IMG/VR virus record: IMGVR_UViG_3300037743_000076
Span: 1-41,479 of that record
From: a virus
Taxonomy: Duplodnaviria; Caudoviricetes
Length of the DNA: 41,479 nt
Reading direction: 5' to 3' (one strand)
Shown: piece by piece, positions 1 to 9,779 of the stretch
Layout of the letters: each line of letters starts with the position of its first letter
How positions within the stretch are numbered: the stretch's first letter is position 1
Notes under the pieces: model-generated
Databases searched by the model: none
What the model was told of the DNA's origin: nothing
What the model saw: only the letters and a program-made list of their open reading frames with translations
Position numbers and translations under genes: made by a program

Positions 1-160
1 GGTCCCTAGAAACTCGTACGCTTCCCCGCACTTGTTGTGCTGACCAAACGGCTGAGAACGGCTTCAGCCGTTCACCCGAGGCTGCCCAGGTAGACGCGTC
101 GCAACACGTCTCCAAAACTACTCACCCGGTATCCCTGCCACAGCCCCTTAGGAGGTTGCT

Positions 161-589
161 ATGCCGCAACCTCCGAAATGGGACGCAGCACGGGCCAACG
201 CCAAAGTTGGCCCGGTTGTCCTTCCACTTGAAGGACGCAGCGGAGAGCCGCCCATGTGGCCGGTCCCGGCCACGCTGCCCACGAATGAAGAGTGGGCTAT
301 GTGGGATCTCTTGTGGAGATCCCCTCAGGCTGTGATGTGGGCGCGGATGGGTCCGGCAACTTGTCTTGTGGTTGCCCGTTACTGCTCGTTGCTGGTTCGC
401 TGCCAGTCCCCCAGATCTTCCTCTGTCATCCACGGCCAAGTCGGAATGCTCGAAGACAAGCTAGGTCTCACGCCCAAGGCGATGCGGAGTCTCTTGTGGG
501 AGCTCGCAGAGCCTCCTAAAACCGAGGCGCGGAAAGAGCGCTCAGGCGCTCGCGGACGGATTAAAGCGGTGGACAAACCCACTACCTAA
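161..589 (+). CDS. terS: terminase small subunit
   Basis: 142 aa ORF with AGGAGG RBS directly before TerL; W..LWRSPQAVMW and LED.LGLTPKAMRSL.W motifs typical of actinophage small terminases. Confidence 0.8.
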   Translation: MPQPPKWDAARANAKVGPVVLPLEGRSGEPPMWPVPATLPTNEEWAMWDLLWRSPQAVMWARMGPATCLVVARYCSLLVRCQSPRSSSVIHGQVGMLEDKLGLTPKAMRSLLWELAEPPKTEARKERSGARGRIKAVDKPTT

Positions 590-602
590 ATAGGAGATCT
601 AC

Positions 603-2216
603 ATGCCTTGGCGAGGCGCTGAGTACGAAGGCGAATTCGCCACGTTGGGGTATAGCGCTGGCGAGTGGATCGAAGAAAACATTGTTGTCCCTGATGGATA
701 TTCCAAGGGGCACCCCTTTTTGCTAACTGATGAAATGTGGACTTTCCTACTTCACTTTTATCGTGTTCGTGTAGGCGCTGAAGCGTCGGAGACGCTTCGC
801 CCTACCGACTCTATGCAGCATTACGGCGCACAGCTCAGACGCCCACAGAAGTGGGGGAAAGACCCTTTTGGTGCTGCGATCATTCTTAACGAATGCTTCG
901 GCATTGCCCGCTTCACCGGCTGGGATGCCGCCGGGGAGCCTGTAGGGGCTCCATACCCGACACCAATTGTCGGGTGCTACGGAACTTCTCAAGAGCAGAC
1001 AGATAATACTTTTGATCCGATTCTAGAAATGATTCGTAATGGGCCTCTTAACGATGTCTCGGGTATGGACGCGGGCGAGACCCGCGTCAAGATCGAGGGA
1101 CGCGGGGAGATCCTGCCCATGACGGCGAGCGGCCGCGCCGCTCTTGGCCGCCGGTTGACTTTCGCGACTCTTACTGAGTCGCACTTGTGGACTCAAGGCG
1201 CTGGGTATAAGCGCCTTAGCGGCGCTGTCAAGCGCAACCTTGCTGGCATGGGTGGACGTTGGCTAGAACTTACCAACGCCTATGACCCGACAGAGAATTC
1301 CGAGGCACAGGTTACTGCTGATTCCGGTAACAAGCGGGTTTACATAGACAACGTAGAGTCTAATAGGGTCGATGACCTTATGGACGACACGGCGCTGCGC
1401 GCCGAGTTGCTTCGTCAGTATGGCGACTCCGCCGAGGAACGTGGCGGATGGGTGAACCTAGATCGCATCATTGATGAGGTTCGCAACCCAGGACACACAG
1501 AAGCAGACCGAAGACGATTCTTCTTGAATGAGATCGTGATAGGACAATCGGTATTCGTAAGCCCTATTCTCTGGGATGTTCAAGCTCGACCTGACGAGGG
1601 CATCAAACCTAAAGAGATAATCACTCTCGGATTTGATGGAGCCAAGTACCAAGACGCAACCGCTCTCGTAGCCTCTCGTCTATCAGACGGGCATTTGTTC
1701 ACGCTCGGAATCTGGGAGCGTCCTAAAGACGCGCCCGAGGATTGGCAGATTGATCGGCAGCTCGTAGACGCCGCGCTTCGCGGTGCGTTTAAGGCCTACA
1801 ATGTACTGCTGTTCTACGGTGACCCGTGGCGCTGGCAAGACTACCAAACAGCGTGGTCTAACACCTACCCCGATCGCATAGTGGAATTCCCGACCAACCG
1901 TGAACAGCTCATGGATAAAGCTATCGAGCGGTTTATGACCGCTTTTGGATCAGGCGACATTACCCATGATGGACACGAAGCGCTGATGCGCCACGCCAAA
2001 GGTGCGGTAGTTGTTAAGGGTGGACGTAAGAAGTTCCGCCCCGGCGAAGAGGACTCGCTGAGTCCTCATTATCTCAAGTTGGCTAAGAAGTCCCCTACCC
2101 ACCGCATTGACGCCGGGGTCGCCGCTGTCCTCGCGTACGAGGCGAGAGCTTACGCCATTGAACACAATCTACAACCGGAGCCCGAGAGGGAACCGGTTGA
2201 CTTCTTCTTTATTTAG
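603..2216 (+). CDS. terL: terminase large subunit
   Basis: 537 aa; Walker A-like RRPQKWGKDP, Walker B-like TESHLW, nuclease motifs LGFDGA...DATAL and RIDAGVAAVLA. Confidence 0.95.
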   Translation: MPWRGAEYEGEFATLGYSAGEWIEENIVVPDGYSKGHPFLLTDEMWTFLLHFYRVRVGAEASETLRPTDSMQHYGAQLRRPQKWGKDPFGAAIILNECFGIARFTGWDAAGEPVGAPYPTPIVGCYGTSQEQTDNTFDPILEMIRNGPLNDVSGMDAGETRVKIEGRGEILPMTASGRAALGRRLTFATLTESHLWTQGAGYKRLSGAVKRNLAGMGGRWLELTNAYDPTENSEAQVTADSGNKRVYIDNVESNRVDDLMDDTALRAELLRQYGDSAEERGGWVNLDRIIDEVRNPGHTEADRRRFFLNEIVIGQSVFVSPILWDVQARPDEGIKPKEIITLGFDGAKYQDATALVASRLSDGHLFTLGIWERPKDAPEDWQIDRQLVDAALRGAFKAYNVLLFYGDPWRWQDYQTAWSNTYPDRIVEFPTNREQLMDKAIERFMTAFGSGDITHDGHEALMRHAKGAVVVKGGRKKFRPGEEDSLSPHYLKLAKKSPTHRIDAGVAAVLAYEARAYAIEHNLQPEPEREPVDFFFI

Positions 2217-2227
2217 GAGCACGCAAC

Positions 2228-2395
2228 GTGCGAAAACTTTACGTGCAATTCGGTGGTCTTTCCGCTGGCGTGCTCACTTTCAGTGCGGGGTTGTCCGCTG
2301 TGACCTCTGTGGGCGTGGGCGCTATGGCACTTGGTGCCATAGCGTCTGCCTTCTTCTTCTTGACGGATTTTGACAAGTTGGTGCCGCGTGACTAG
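2228..2395 (+). CDS. small membrane protein between terminase and portal
   Basis: Read by hand: AGGAG RBS, GTG start, 55 aa hydrophobic peptide (MRKLYVQFGGLSAGVLTF...); below the ORF-track cutoff. Confidence 0.65.
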   Translation: MRKLYVQFGGLSAGVLTFSAGLSAVTSVGVGAMALGAIASAFFFLTDFDKLVPRD

Positions 2396-3980
2396 CATTT
2401 TCGCGGCGGTAAAGCCGCAGCTCAAAGCGTTTTCAGAACCTAAGATCTGGGACTCAGACCACTATCTAAATGGCGCTGCCTATGTCGGTTTGTACTCCGA
2501 TATGGAGGCTATAGACCATGATTTTGAGGCCTACGCCCAACAGCTGGTTAAAGAGTCAGGTATTGTCTTTGCGCTGCTCGCGGTTCGACAGCTGGTCTTT
2601 AGTCAAGCAAAGATATTGTGGAGGGAAGTCCAAGACAATGGACGCCCCGGCGGGTACTTCAAAGACGACTCTATAGACCTTCTTCGCCACCCGTGGCCCG
2701 GAGGGTCCACGGCCGAGCTCTTGTCTCGTATGGAGCAAGACGCTTCTGTGCACGGTAACTACTACGGTACGGTTACAGACGACTTTGGTCGATACGGCAA
2801 GAGAGCATCGGGCCCCACGCGGCGAGTAATTCGCCTTCGCCCCGATCGTGTTGTTGTCCTAATTGATTCGCCTAGCGAAGATCCTAACGCCGCTGACGCC
2901 AAAGTAGTCGGCTACGTCTTCGACCCTTACATTTCGGGTGGCCGTCCTACCGGGACAGACAAAGACTTCGGTCGCGTCTTTCTGCTTCCAGAGGAAATGT
3001 GCCATTACGCACCGCACCCTGACCCTACAGCCCGCTTTCGCGGGATGTCTTGGCTTACGCCAGTGGTCGAGGAAATTATGGCAGACAAGGCAGCTACACG
3101 GCATAAAAAGAAATTCTTTGCCAACGGCGCTACGCCTAATATGGTCATCGACTTTGAGAAGGGTACGCCAACCGAGGAGATCAAGGACTTCGCTGAGCGT
3201 ATGCGCGCTCAGCATGAGGGTTCGTCTAATGCGTACAAGACCTTGGTTTTGGCCGCCGGGGCGACCGCTAAAGTGGTCGGTGCCGATCTCCGACAGATTG
3301 ATTTTAAGGCTACGCAAGGCGCGGGTGAAACCCGTATAGCGGCTGACGCCGGTGTGCCTCCGTCGATTGTCGGATTCTCCGAGGGAATGCAAGGTTCTTC
3401 GCTAAACGCGGGCAACTACATGGCTGCTCGTCGACGCTTTGTCGACGGCACTCTTCACCCTTTGTGGAATATGGCCGTCGAGTCATGGTCTACTTTGTTC
3501 AAGCCGCCTCGACTGAATGTCGAGTTGGTCGCAGACACGCGAGATATCGCGTTTCTGAGAGAAGACAAAAAGGACGCGGCGGAGATCTTCCGCATTCAAG
3601 CGTCCGGCGCTCGGTTGTTGACCGATGCGGGATGGCTGCCTGATGACGTGATTGAAGCGGCTGTAGCCGAGGATCTTTCTTTGCTCAAGGGCAAGCATTC
3701 GGGTCTTTCGTCTGTCCAGTTGCTAGCGATGAATCCTCAGCGCGATGAGAAAGATGAGGCGCTTGTACAGAACACGCAAGCGAACACGCTTGCCACTCTG
3801 ACCAGCACTTCAATCTTTAAACCGGACTCGATTGTCGAGGCGGTTACCTCAGGTGATTGGTCCAAGTTGGTCAAAGCCCCGCCCAAACCAATCCCTAAAC
3901 AGCTCCCCCAGGGGGGCGAAGAAGTAGAGGAAACCCCTAATGGACACCAAGAGCCTGAGGGTATCAACCAAGACAGCTGA
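2388..3980 (+). CDS. portal protein (HK97-like)
   Basis: GNYY, LRPDRV, RGMSWL, FFANGATP, IAADAGVPPSIVG portal motifs; synteny; GTG start at 2388 inferred. Confidence 0.93.
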   Translation: MTSIFAAVKPQLKAFSEPKIWDSDHYLNGAAYVGLYSDMEAIDHDFEAYAQQLVKESGIVFALLAVRQLVFSQAKILWREVQDNGRPGGYFKDDSIDLLRHPWPGGSTAELLSRMEQDASVHGNYYGTVTDDFGRYGKRASGPTRRVIRLRPDRVVVLIDSPSEDPNAADAKVVGYVFDPYISGGRPTGTDKDFGRVFLLPEEMCHYAPHPDPTARFRGMSWLTPVVEEIMADKAATRHKKKFFANGATPNMVIDFEKGTPTEEIKDFAERMRAQHEGSSNAYKTLVLAAGATAKVVGADLRQIDFKATQGAGETRIAADAGVPPSIVGFSEGMQGSSLNAGNYMAARRRFVDGTLHPLWNMAVESWSTLFKPPRLNVELVADTRDIAFLREDKKDAAEIFRIQASGARLLTDAGWLPDDVIEAAVAEDLSLLKGKHSGLSSVQLLAMNPQRDEKDEALVQNTQANTLATLTSTSIFKPDSIVEAVTSGDWSKLVKAPPKPIPKQLPQGGEEVEETPNGHQEPEGINQDS

Positions 3981-4473
3981 CCAAGGCGAAGTCGAAGCCG
4001 TGTTTTCCACTTTTGATGTAGTGGATAGGGACGGAGATATCACCCTGAAGGAAGCCATCACAGACGGCTCCGAGGTGATAATCAGTGCCTACTCACATAA
4101 ATTGTGGGAGGGGGCCTTGCCGGTCGGTATGGGCACAGTGCACGTCACTGACACAGAAGCGATCTTGAAGGGTCGCTTCTTTTTGGACACTACTGCTGGT
4201 CGAGAGACTTTCGCAGTTGTGAAAGCACTTGGCGACCGCCAAGAGTGGTCGTACGGCTTTACGATCGAAGACTCAGAACCGACAGACCACAAGGGTCAAA
4301 AGGTACGAGTTATCAAGAAGACGGCAGTACACGAAGTGTCGCCGGTCTTCATCGGGGCGGGCGTGAACACACGCACTACATCAGCTAAGTCGGCTGATGT
4401 GGACAAAACCGAGCCCGAACTAAACCCCGATGTCGTCCGCGAATACTTGCGGTCGCTTATTTCCTCCCTATAG
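3940..4473 (+). CDS. prohead (capsid maturation) protease, HK97 family
   Basis: VDRDGDI, H...PVG, WSYGF and HEVSPV motifs; lies between portal and capsid. Confidence 0.92.
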   Translation: MDTKSLRVSTKTADQGEVEAVFSTFDVVDRDGDITLKEAITDGSEVIISAYSHKLWEGALPVGMGTVHVTDTEAILKGRFFLDTTAGRETFAVVKALGDRQEWSYGFTIEDSEPTDHKGQKVRVIKKTAVHEVSPVFIGAGVNTRTTSAKSADVDKTEPELNPDVVREYLRSLISSL

Positions 4474-4485
4474 GAGCAACCTAAA

Positions 4486-5700
4486 ATGGAATTCCCCGCC
4501 TTGAAAGAGGCTAAGGGGCAGCTGAATGCTGCCCGTAAAGAATTGGCCGATGTCCTGGGCGAAGCCGGTAAGGACTTGGATCTGTCCAAGGTCAAGTCTG
4601 TTTCCGGTGACAACGCCGAAAAGCTGGCTTGGGTGCAGGCTAAGAACGACGAAATTACCGCCAAAGCCGCAGAGGTTGCGGGCCTGGTGAAGCTGCACGG
4701 TATCGCCGCAAAGCGGATGTCTGAAAGTGAAGACGACAACAAGGACAACGAAGACCGTTCTACCGGTCGTAAGTCCTTTGGCGACATGTTTGTCGAGTCC
4801 AAGGCGTTTACTGGCCGTTCTCAGAAACAGACCGCTACTTTGGACGTTGAAGTCAAGACCCTGTTTCAGACCACTGCGGGTATCGCTCCCGAGACCACGC
4901 GCTCTGGGCTGCTTGTTGATATGGCTACGCGCCCGTCTGTTGACGTGGTGACGTTTGTTCCGCAAACGACTATTAATCAAACTGCTTTTGTGTACATGCG
5001 AGAGACAGTGCTGACTAATGCCGCGTCGGAAACCGCCGAAGGCGGAGAGTACCCCGAAGCGGCTCTGGAATACGCAGAGGAAACCGAAGCCGTCCGTAAG
5101 ATCGCGGTTTGGCTGCCCATGACTGATGAGCAGCTTGAAGACGTGTCTTACGCACGTGAGCGTGTTTCTATGCGGCTGCCGTTTATGATTCGGCAGAAGC
5201 TTGACGCTCAGGTCCTTAATGGCTCGGGTGCGGGTTCCCCCGCACAGCTGCGAGGCACTAAGAATGTTTCGGGTATCCAGACCCACGCTAAGGGCGCTGA
5301 CCCCCTGCTCGACGCGTTCCTCAAGGGATTCGACAAGGTTCGCACTGTTGCCTTTGCAGAGCCGTCTGTCCTGTATTTGCACCCGACTGACTGGCAGCTG
5401 GTACAGCTGCTGAAGACCTCAGACGGCGCTTACCTGTGGGGCGACCCATCCCGTGGTGGACCCTCTACTGCCTGGGGTGTTCCTGTTAAGACCACCACGG
5501 TTCTGACTGCTGGTACCGGCGTGACCGGGGATTATACCAACTATTCGGAACTGGCTGTTAAGCGTGGAATTGATATGCAGATCAGTAATTCCCACGCTGA
5601 CAACTTTATTAACGGCAAGCAGGCTGTCCGTGCGGATATGCGTTGCGTAATGGTTCACACCCGCCCCGCTGCGTTCGCCACTATTACCGGTATCGCCTAA
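4486..5700 (+). CDS. major capsid protein (HK97 fold, N-terminal delta domain)
   Basis: 404 aa; AEGGEYPE, D..VLNGSG, LHPTDW...LKTSDGAYLW, WGVPV and RPAAF motifs; strong RBS. Confidence 0.95.
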   Translation: MEFPALKEAKGQLNAARKELADVLGEAGKDLDLSKVKSVSGDNAEKLAWVQAKNDEITAKAAEVAGLVKLHGIAAKRMSESEDDNKDNEDRSTGRKSFGDMFVESKAFTGRSQKQTATLDVEVKTLFQTTAGIAPETTRSGLLVDMATRPSVDVVTFVPQTTINQTAFVYMRETVLTNAASETAEGGEYPEAALEYAEETEAVRKIAVWLPMTDEQLEDVSYARERVSMRLPFMIRQKLDAQVLNGSGAGSPAQLRGTKNVSGIQTHAKGADPLLDAFLKGFDKVRTVAFAEPSVLYLHPTDWQLVQLLKTSDGAYLWGDPSRGGPSTAWGVPVKTTTVLTAGTGVTGDYTNYSELAVKRGIDMQISNSHADNFINGKQAVRADMRCVMVHTRPAAFATITGIA

Positions 5701-5708
5701 CAGGCCAC

Positions 5709-5740
5709 AGGGGGCAGTTGATTCTGCCCCCTTTCCTGTT
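5709..5740 (+). terminator. probable intrinsic terminator after capsid gene
   Basis: AGGGGGCAG-ttgatt-CTGCCCCCT hairpin followed by TTCCTGTTT. Confidence 0.6.
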
Positions 5741-5758
5741 TATTTAGGAGTTTAATTC

Positions 5759-6193
5759 ATGTCTTTTATGCCGGGTAGTGGCGCTGTCGGCGCTGCAAAC
5801 TACCAGGGCCGTACGAAAATTGTACGCGCCCGCTATGACTTTGATGAGGACGGCGGGGCAGTCGGTGCTATCACACTGCGCGGCCCGTCTGTCCCCTCAG
5901 GGGCTTACGTTACCGACTGCTACGTCATTGTCCACACTATTCTCGATTCCGCCGGGGACGGGGCTACTGTCTCTATCGGACTGGAAGCCGCTACGGACCT
6001 CCGCGCGGCCGCTGTGGTCGGCACAGCCCCCTCTCTGGGCGCTACCGGTATTAAGCGGTCGGCGCTCGTTACGGGCGCTAGCGCGCCTCTGACGCTAACA
6101 GCCGCTAGGTCTGTTGTAGCCACTGTGGCTGTCGAGGCTTTGACCACAGGCGCGTTTGATGTGGTTGTCGAATACTTCGAGGTTGCCGCGTGA
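5759..6193 (+). CDS. putative capsid decoration/cement protein
   Basis: 144 aa beta-rich, Ala/Gly/Val-rich ORF immediately after capsid; function inferred from position. Confidence 0.5.
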   Translation: MSFMPGSGAVGAANYQGRTKIVRARYDFDEDGGAVGAITLRGPSVPSGAYVTDCYVIVHTILDSAGDGATVSIGLEAATDLRAAAVVGTAPSLGATGIKRSALVTGASAPLTLTAARSVVATVAVEALTTGAFDVVVEYFEVAA

Positions 6194-6462
6194 TTGTGGT
6201 TAATCGCCGTCTTTACTTGACCGCTGACAAGCAGTCGCTTGTGGAAGACGGCGACCCTACAGCGGCTTATCTCTGGCACAACACGGGTCAAGAAGTGCTG
6301 CCTGAAGAGGCAGCCCGAGTCGGCTACACGCCGACTCCCGACCCAGTTGAAGATCCGGTCTTGGATCTTGAGCCAGAGCCAGAGCCAGAGCCACTAGAAG
6401 CCAACCACACGCCCAAAGTAGAGGCGAAGAAGCCCAAAGGGCGACCACGGAAAACCAAATAG
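6190..6462 (+). CDS. small head-module protein with Pro-Glu repeat and basic tail
   Basis: GTGA overlap with upstream gene; EPEPEPEP and KKPKGRPRK. Confidence 0.55.
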   Translation: MIVVNRRLYLTADKQSLVEDGDPTAAYLWHNTGQEVLPEEAARVGYTPTPDPVEDPVLDLEPEPEPEPLEANHTPKVEAKKPKGRPRKTK

Positions 6463-6474
6463 GAGGTATCCGCC

Positions 6475-7077
6475 ATGGCTATAGGCGATGACTACGCCAC
6501 CCTAGCCGAGCTGCGGTACCGCATTGGTGAGGGTCTGTCCGATGAGGACACTACTAACGACGCCGCGCTAACGCGCGCGCTGACCACAGCCTCTCGGGCT
6601 GTGGAGGACTTTTGCGGTAGGCAGTTTAATACGGACGCCGCCGCGACAGCCCGCGTGTACGCGGCTGACGCTTGTGAAGTCGTTTATATAGACGACTTCT
6701 CAACCACTGTAGGACTGACGGTAGCCGCTGATTCGTCCCTGTGGGATGTAGGCGATTACCAGCCCGAGCCGCTAAACGGCATTAACGCCGGTCGCACGGG
6801 TTGGCCGTACTACCGCATCCGCGCGGTCGGCGCGCTGTCATGGCCTGTGTCCTCAAAGGCGCTTGTCTCAGTTACAGCCATGTGGGGCTGGGCGTCTGTG
6901 CCCGTCTCTATTAAGGAAGCCGTGCTGATCCTAGCTCAAGAAACTTGGATGCTCAAGCAAGCTCCTTTCGGGATGGCTGGCTCTGATGAGTTTGGAACCA
7001 CTCCGATGATGCGGTTTAACCCACGGGTTATAGCGCTTCTCAAGCCGTACCAACGAAATGAGGTGCGTCTTGGCTAA
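6475..7077 (+). CDS. head-to-tail adaptor
   Basis: YATLAELR, ASRAVEDFCGRQF, WGW..VP..IKEA.L, LLKPY motifs. Confidence 0.88.
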   Translation: MAIGDDYATLAELRYRIGEGLSDEDTTNDAALTRALTTASRAVEDFCGRQFNTDAAATARVYAADACEVVYIDDFSTTVGLTVAADSSLWDVGDYQPEPLNGINAGRTGWPYYRIRAVGALSWPVSSKALVSVTAMWGWASVPVSIKEAVLILAQETWMLKQAPFGMAGSDEFGTTPMMRFNPRVIALLKPYQRNEVRLG

Positions 7078-7507
7078 TCTACGCCAGATCAAAGCGGGTC
7101 TTAAAACCCGCCTCGAAACGGTTGCACTTACAGCCGAGCTGTCGAACACTCGGCAGCTCAAGGTCTATGACCTTGTACCCGAGACAGTGATTACGCCGTG
7201 CGCGATCATCATCCCAAAGTCGAGCGAGTGGAACCAAACCTACCAACGCGGCACCGACGCGTACACATTCGAGATTCAACTACTAGCCGCTAAAGCGGAC
7301 TCAGCTACAGGTCAAGAACTTCTAGACCGCTTCCTAGAAGCGGGTGGTGTGTCCTCCATCTTGGACGCTATAGACGCCGATGACACTCTAGGCGGGCTAG
7401 TCCACTACACAAACTTTTCTGGCTGGGACGACTACGGCAAATACGACTATCCGCCCGTCTCGTATTGGGGAGTCGTCTTGAAAGTCGAGGTACTTGCCAG
7501 TGTCTAA
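7070..7507 (+). CDS. tail terminator / tail completion protein
   Basis: ~145 aa; SI.DAI..D.TLGGLV motif; TTG start after GAGG inferred. Confidence 0.7.
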   Translation: MANLRQIKAGLKTRLETVALTAELSNTRQLKVYDLVPETVITPCAIIIPKSSEWNQTYQRGTDAYTFEIQLLAAKADSATGQELLDRFLEAGGVSSILDAIDADDTLGGLVHYTNFSGWDDYGKYDYPPVSYWGVVLKVEVLASV

Positions 7508-7676
7508 ACAGACCACACAGTACAGAGCCCTAGTAGGGCTCAACTACCCCGGCAAACGCGGGGAGACCCGCGTAGAGCCTGGCGCAACCATCAAAGACCT
7601 AAAAGGGCCGACGCTTAAGCGTTTGCTCTCTCGGGGACTCATAGAGAGAGTAGACGCAGATGCCAGTCCACGGTAA
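7500..7676 (+). CDS. small virion-module protein
   Basis: YRALVGLNYP...G.TI.DL....LL.RGLIE; overlaps both neighbours. Confidence 0.55.
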   Translation: MSKQTTQYRALVGLNYPGKRGETRVEPGATIKDLKGPTLKRLLSRGLIERVDADASPR

Positions 7677-8364
7677 ACACGCACGAATCGTGCTCGATTC
7701 GGTGTCCTACAGCGGATACCTCAATTCCATATCTCTAGGGCTTTCGCGAGGTACAGCCGAGAAAACCGTATACGGAGACGAGGCCCAGCGGTTTAACGCG
7801 GCTTTGCGAACGTCGACCATTTCAGCCGGGGGCTTCTTCACAGAGGACTTGAACGACGATATGGGCTCTCGGATGGTTTCCGAAGTGGATACCTTGTCTC
7901 TTGTGGCCCCCGGTGGGCTTGGTGTCGGGAACTTTGTCGCGATCGCGCCGCTTGTGCCTACGTCTTACACCATTGACAGCCCCAACGCCGAGAACGTTGG
8001 TATCTCCATTGAGTCTACTACCAATGGGGAGCTTTGGGCGGGGCACAGCTTGCATGATCTTGTGTCGGTTGTCGCTGGGGGAAACTCCACTGCACTAGAT
8101 CAGGTAGACGAAACTACGGGCGGCGCTTTGGGGCAGCTCCATATTACAGACGCTACGGGCGTGACGCCTGAGCTCAGCGTGAGTATCCAGCATTCACCGG
8201 ATGATTCGGTGTGGACAGACCTAGTCACCTTCACCCCTGCCACTGCCGCTGGCAGTGAGCAGCTAACCGTCTCAGGGACGGTTGATCAGTACATCAGGGC
8301 TCTTTGGACTGTTGGTGGTACTTCCCCGAACTTCACTTTCACAGTTGCTTTCACGCGACTCTAG
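7660..8364 (+). CDS. tail-tube-like protein with C-terminal beta-sandwich extension
   Basis: N-terminal ~125 aa aligns by eye with the next ORF (TVYGD.AQ.F.A.LR, TS.TID.PNAE). Confidence 0.65.
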   Translation: MPVHGKHARIVLDSVSYSGYLNSISLGLSRGTAEKTVYGDEAQRFNAALRTSTISAGGFFTEDLNDDMGSRMVSEVDTLSLVAPGGLGVGNFVAIAPLVPTSYTIDSPNAENVGISIESTTNGELWAGHSLHDLVSVVAGGNSTALDQVDETTGGALGQLHITDATGVTPELSVSIQHSPDDSVWTDLVTFTPATAAGSEQLTVSGTVDQYIRALWTVGGTSPNFTFTVAFTRL

Positions 8365-8378
8365 ATAGGAACAACAAT

Positions 8379-8789
8379 ATGCCAGCTCTTGGTAAGAACA
8401 CTTCTCTTTCTCTGGACAACGCGGCCGGAACCCCTGTGGATATTTCCACCAAGTGCAATACTTCTTCTGCCAGTATTACCCGAGCGACTTCTGAAGTCAC
8501 GGTTTACGGGGATGGGGCTCAGAAGTTTATTGCTGGTCTGCGTAACAACACGTTCTCTATGGGGGGCTTGTGGGACGCCACAATTAACACCCACCTATTT
8601 GGTTTGAACATGTCTGACGCTACGGCTACTTTGGTCTTTGGTCCTCACGGTGATACCGCTGGATTGCCGAGCTTTACTATGGAAGTTCTGGTTACCTCCT
8701 TCACTATCGATCCCCCTAATGCTGAGGCTGTCACCTGGTCTGCCGAGTTTCAGGTGGACGGTGAAGTTACGCTTGGGGTCTACAGTTGA
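8379..8789 (+). CDS. major tail (tube) protein
   Basis: 136 aa; EVTVYGDGAQKFIAGL and WSAEFQVDGEVT pattern; AGGA RBS before ATG 8379. Confidence 0.75.
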   Translation: MPALGKNTSLSLDNAAGTPVDISTKCNTSSASITRATSEVTVYGDGAQKFIAGLRNNTFSMGGLWDATINTHLFGLNMSDATATLVFGPHGDTAGLPSFTMEVLVTSFTIDPPNAEAVTWSAEFQVDGEVTLGVYS

Positions 8790-9271
8790 TAAAGGTCACC
8801 GCACCCGCTGCGCAGTTCACTGCGCTTGGCAAAGCGCTTAAAGAAGCAGGCGACAAAGATCTTAATAAGAATCTCCGCAAAGAGATTCGTAAAGTCGCGT
8901 CGCCTGTTGTTAAACAGATGCGAGTAGGCGTAAAGGGTCTGCCGGGTGCTCCGTCCGAGTGGCGTGCCGAGGCAGCTCGTAAGACTAGCGCTAAAGCCGA
9001 GCTCAAAGTTGCGAAGCGTGCAGGAGTCCGAATTGTAACTATGCCCTCCAAAGGCGGCAAGCATCGCTCTCGATGGATGAACCGTGGCATGTGGAGACAC
9101 CCCTCTTGGCCAAGAGGGGAAGACCGCTCCGCCTGGAAATGGGTTGCCCAGCAAGTTCGCAAGGGCTGGTTTGACAACCCCGCTAAGGCAGCAAAGCCCG
9201 AGGTTGTAATCCACGTAATCAAAGCTATGAATGATACAGCGGAAAAGATAGCCCGCAAGGGTAAAGCATAA
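8786..9271 (+). CDS. basic tail/neck protein (HK97 gp10-like)
   Basis: Very basic 161 aa; RHP...W..Q....GWF C-terminal motif. Confidence 0.55.
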   Translation: MIKVTAPAAQFTALGKALKEAGDKDLNKNLRKEIRKVASPVVKQMRVGVKGLPGAPSEWRAEAARKTSAKAELKVAKRAGVRIVTMPSKGGKHRSRWMNRGMWRHPSWPRGEDRSAWKWVAQQVRKGWFDNPAKAAKPEVVIHVIKAMNDTAEKIARKGKA

Positions 9272-9288
9272 CCTAAGGAGAAACTGCA

Positions 9289-9597
9289 ATGCTGCAAATT
9301 AAAGTGGACGGACAGATCTGGGATCTGCCGATTGAATCTATGCGCACTAAAGAAGCCATTAAGCTTCAAGAGCACACTAACATGACCGTCAAAGAGATCT
9401 TTGAGGGCGCGGCCAAAATGGACGCTAGAGCGCTCACCGCGCTGGTCTGGTTTGCGTACACTCGCGGCGGTCACCGCGTTAAGTACAAAGATGTCGACTT
9501 CGACCTGATGAAGCTCGAAATGCTTGATGACAGCGATAAGGACTCTGACGAGTCCGAAGAGGACGACGAGGGAAAAGAGAATGGGACTCCCGAGTAG
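9289..9597 (+). CDS. tail assembly chaperone (G)
   Basis: 102 aa with acidic tail, AAGGAG RBS, just upstream of tape measure. Confidence 0.85.
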   Translation: MLQIKVDGQIWDLPIESMRTKEAIKLQEHTNMTVKEIFEGAAKMDARALTALVWFAYTRGGHRVKYKDVDFDLMKLEMLDDSDKDSDESEEDDEGKENGTPE

Positions 9598-9761
9598 TCC
9601 TGTGTAAAGACCTCGCCGGTATGAGGCACCAATATTTGGTGCCTCTGGCCGAGATGTTCCACATTACCCCTGCCGCCGTAGACGATCTGTCGATCTACGA
9701 ATTCGATATGTTTTGCGATGCGGTAGACGAGCGTATCAAGCAAGCAAACAGAAAACGATAA
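9289..9761 (+). CDS. tail assembly chaperone G-T fusion via -1 frameshift at G GGA AAA (9570-9576)
   Basis: In-frame X XXY YYZ heptamer; -1 frame is open from 9576 to TAA at 9761 (…REWDSRVVLCKDLAGMRHQYLVPLAEMFH…). Confidence 0.85.
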
Positions 9762-9779
9762 TGAAAGCAAGGCACCTTA

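Noticed and set aside
1-160. cos site or physical genome end
   Set aside because: Position before terS and a small hairpin near 56-73 are compatible, but no end sequence can be identified and the window is cut mid-tRNA at the other side
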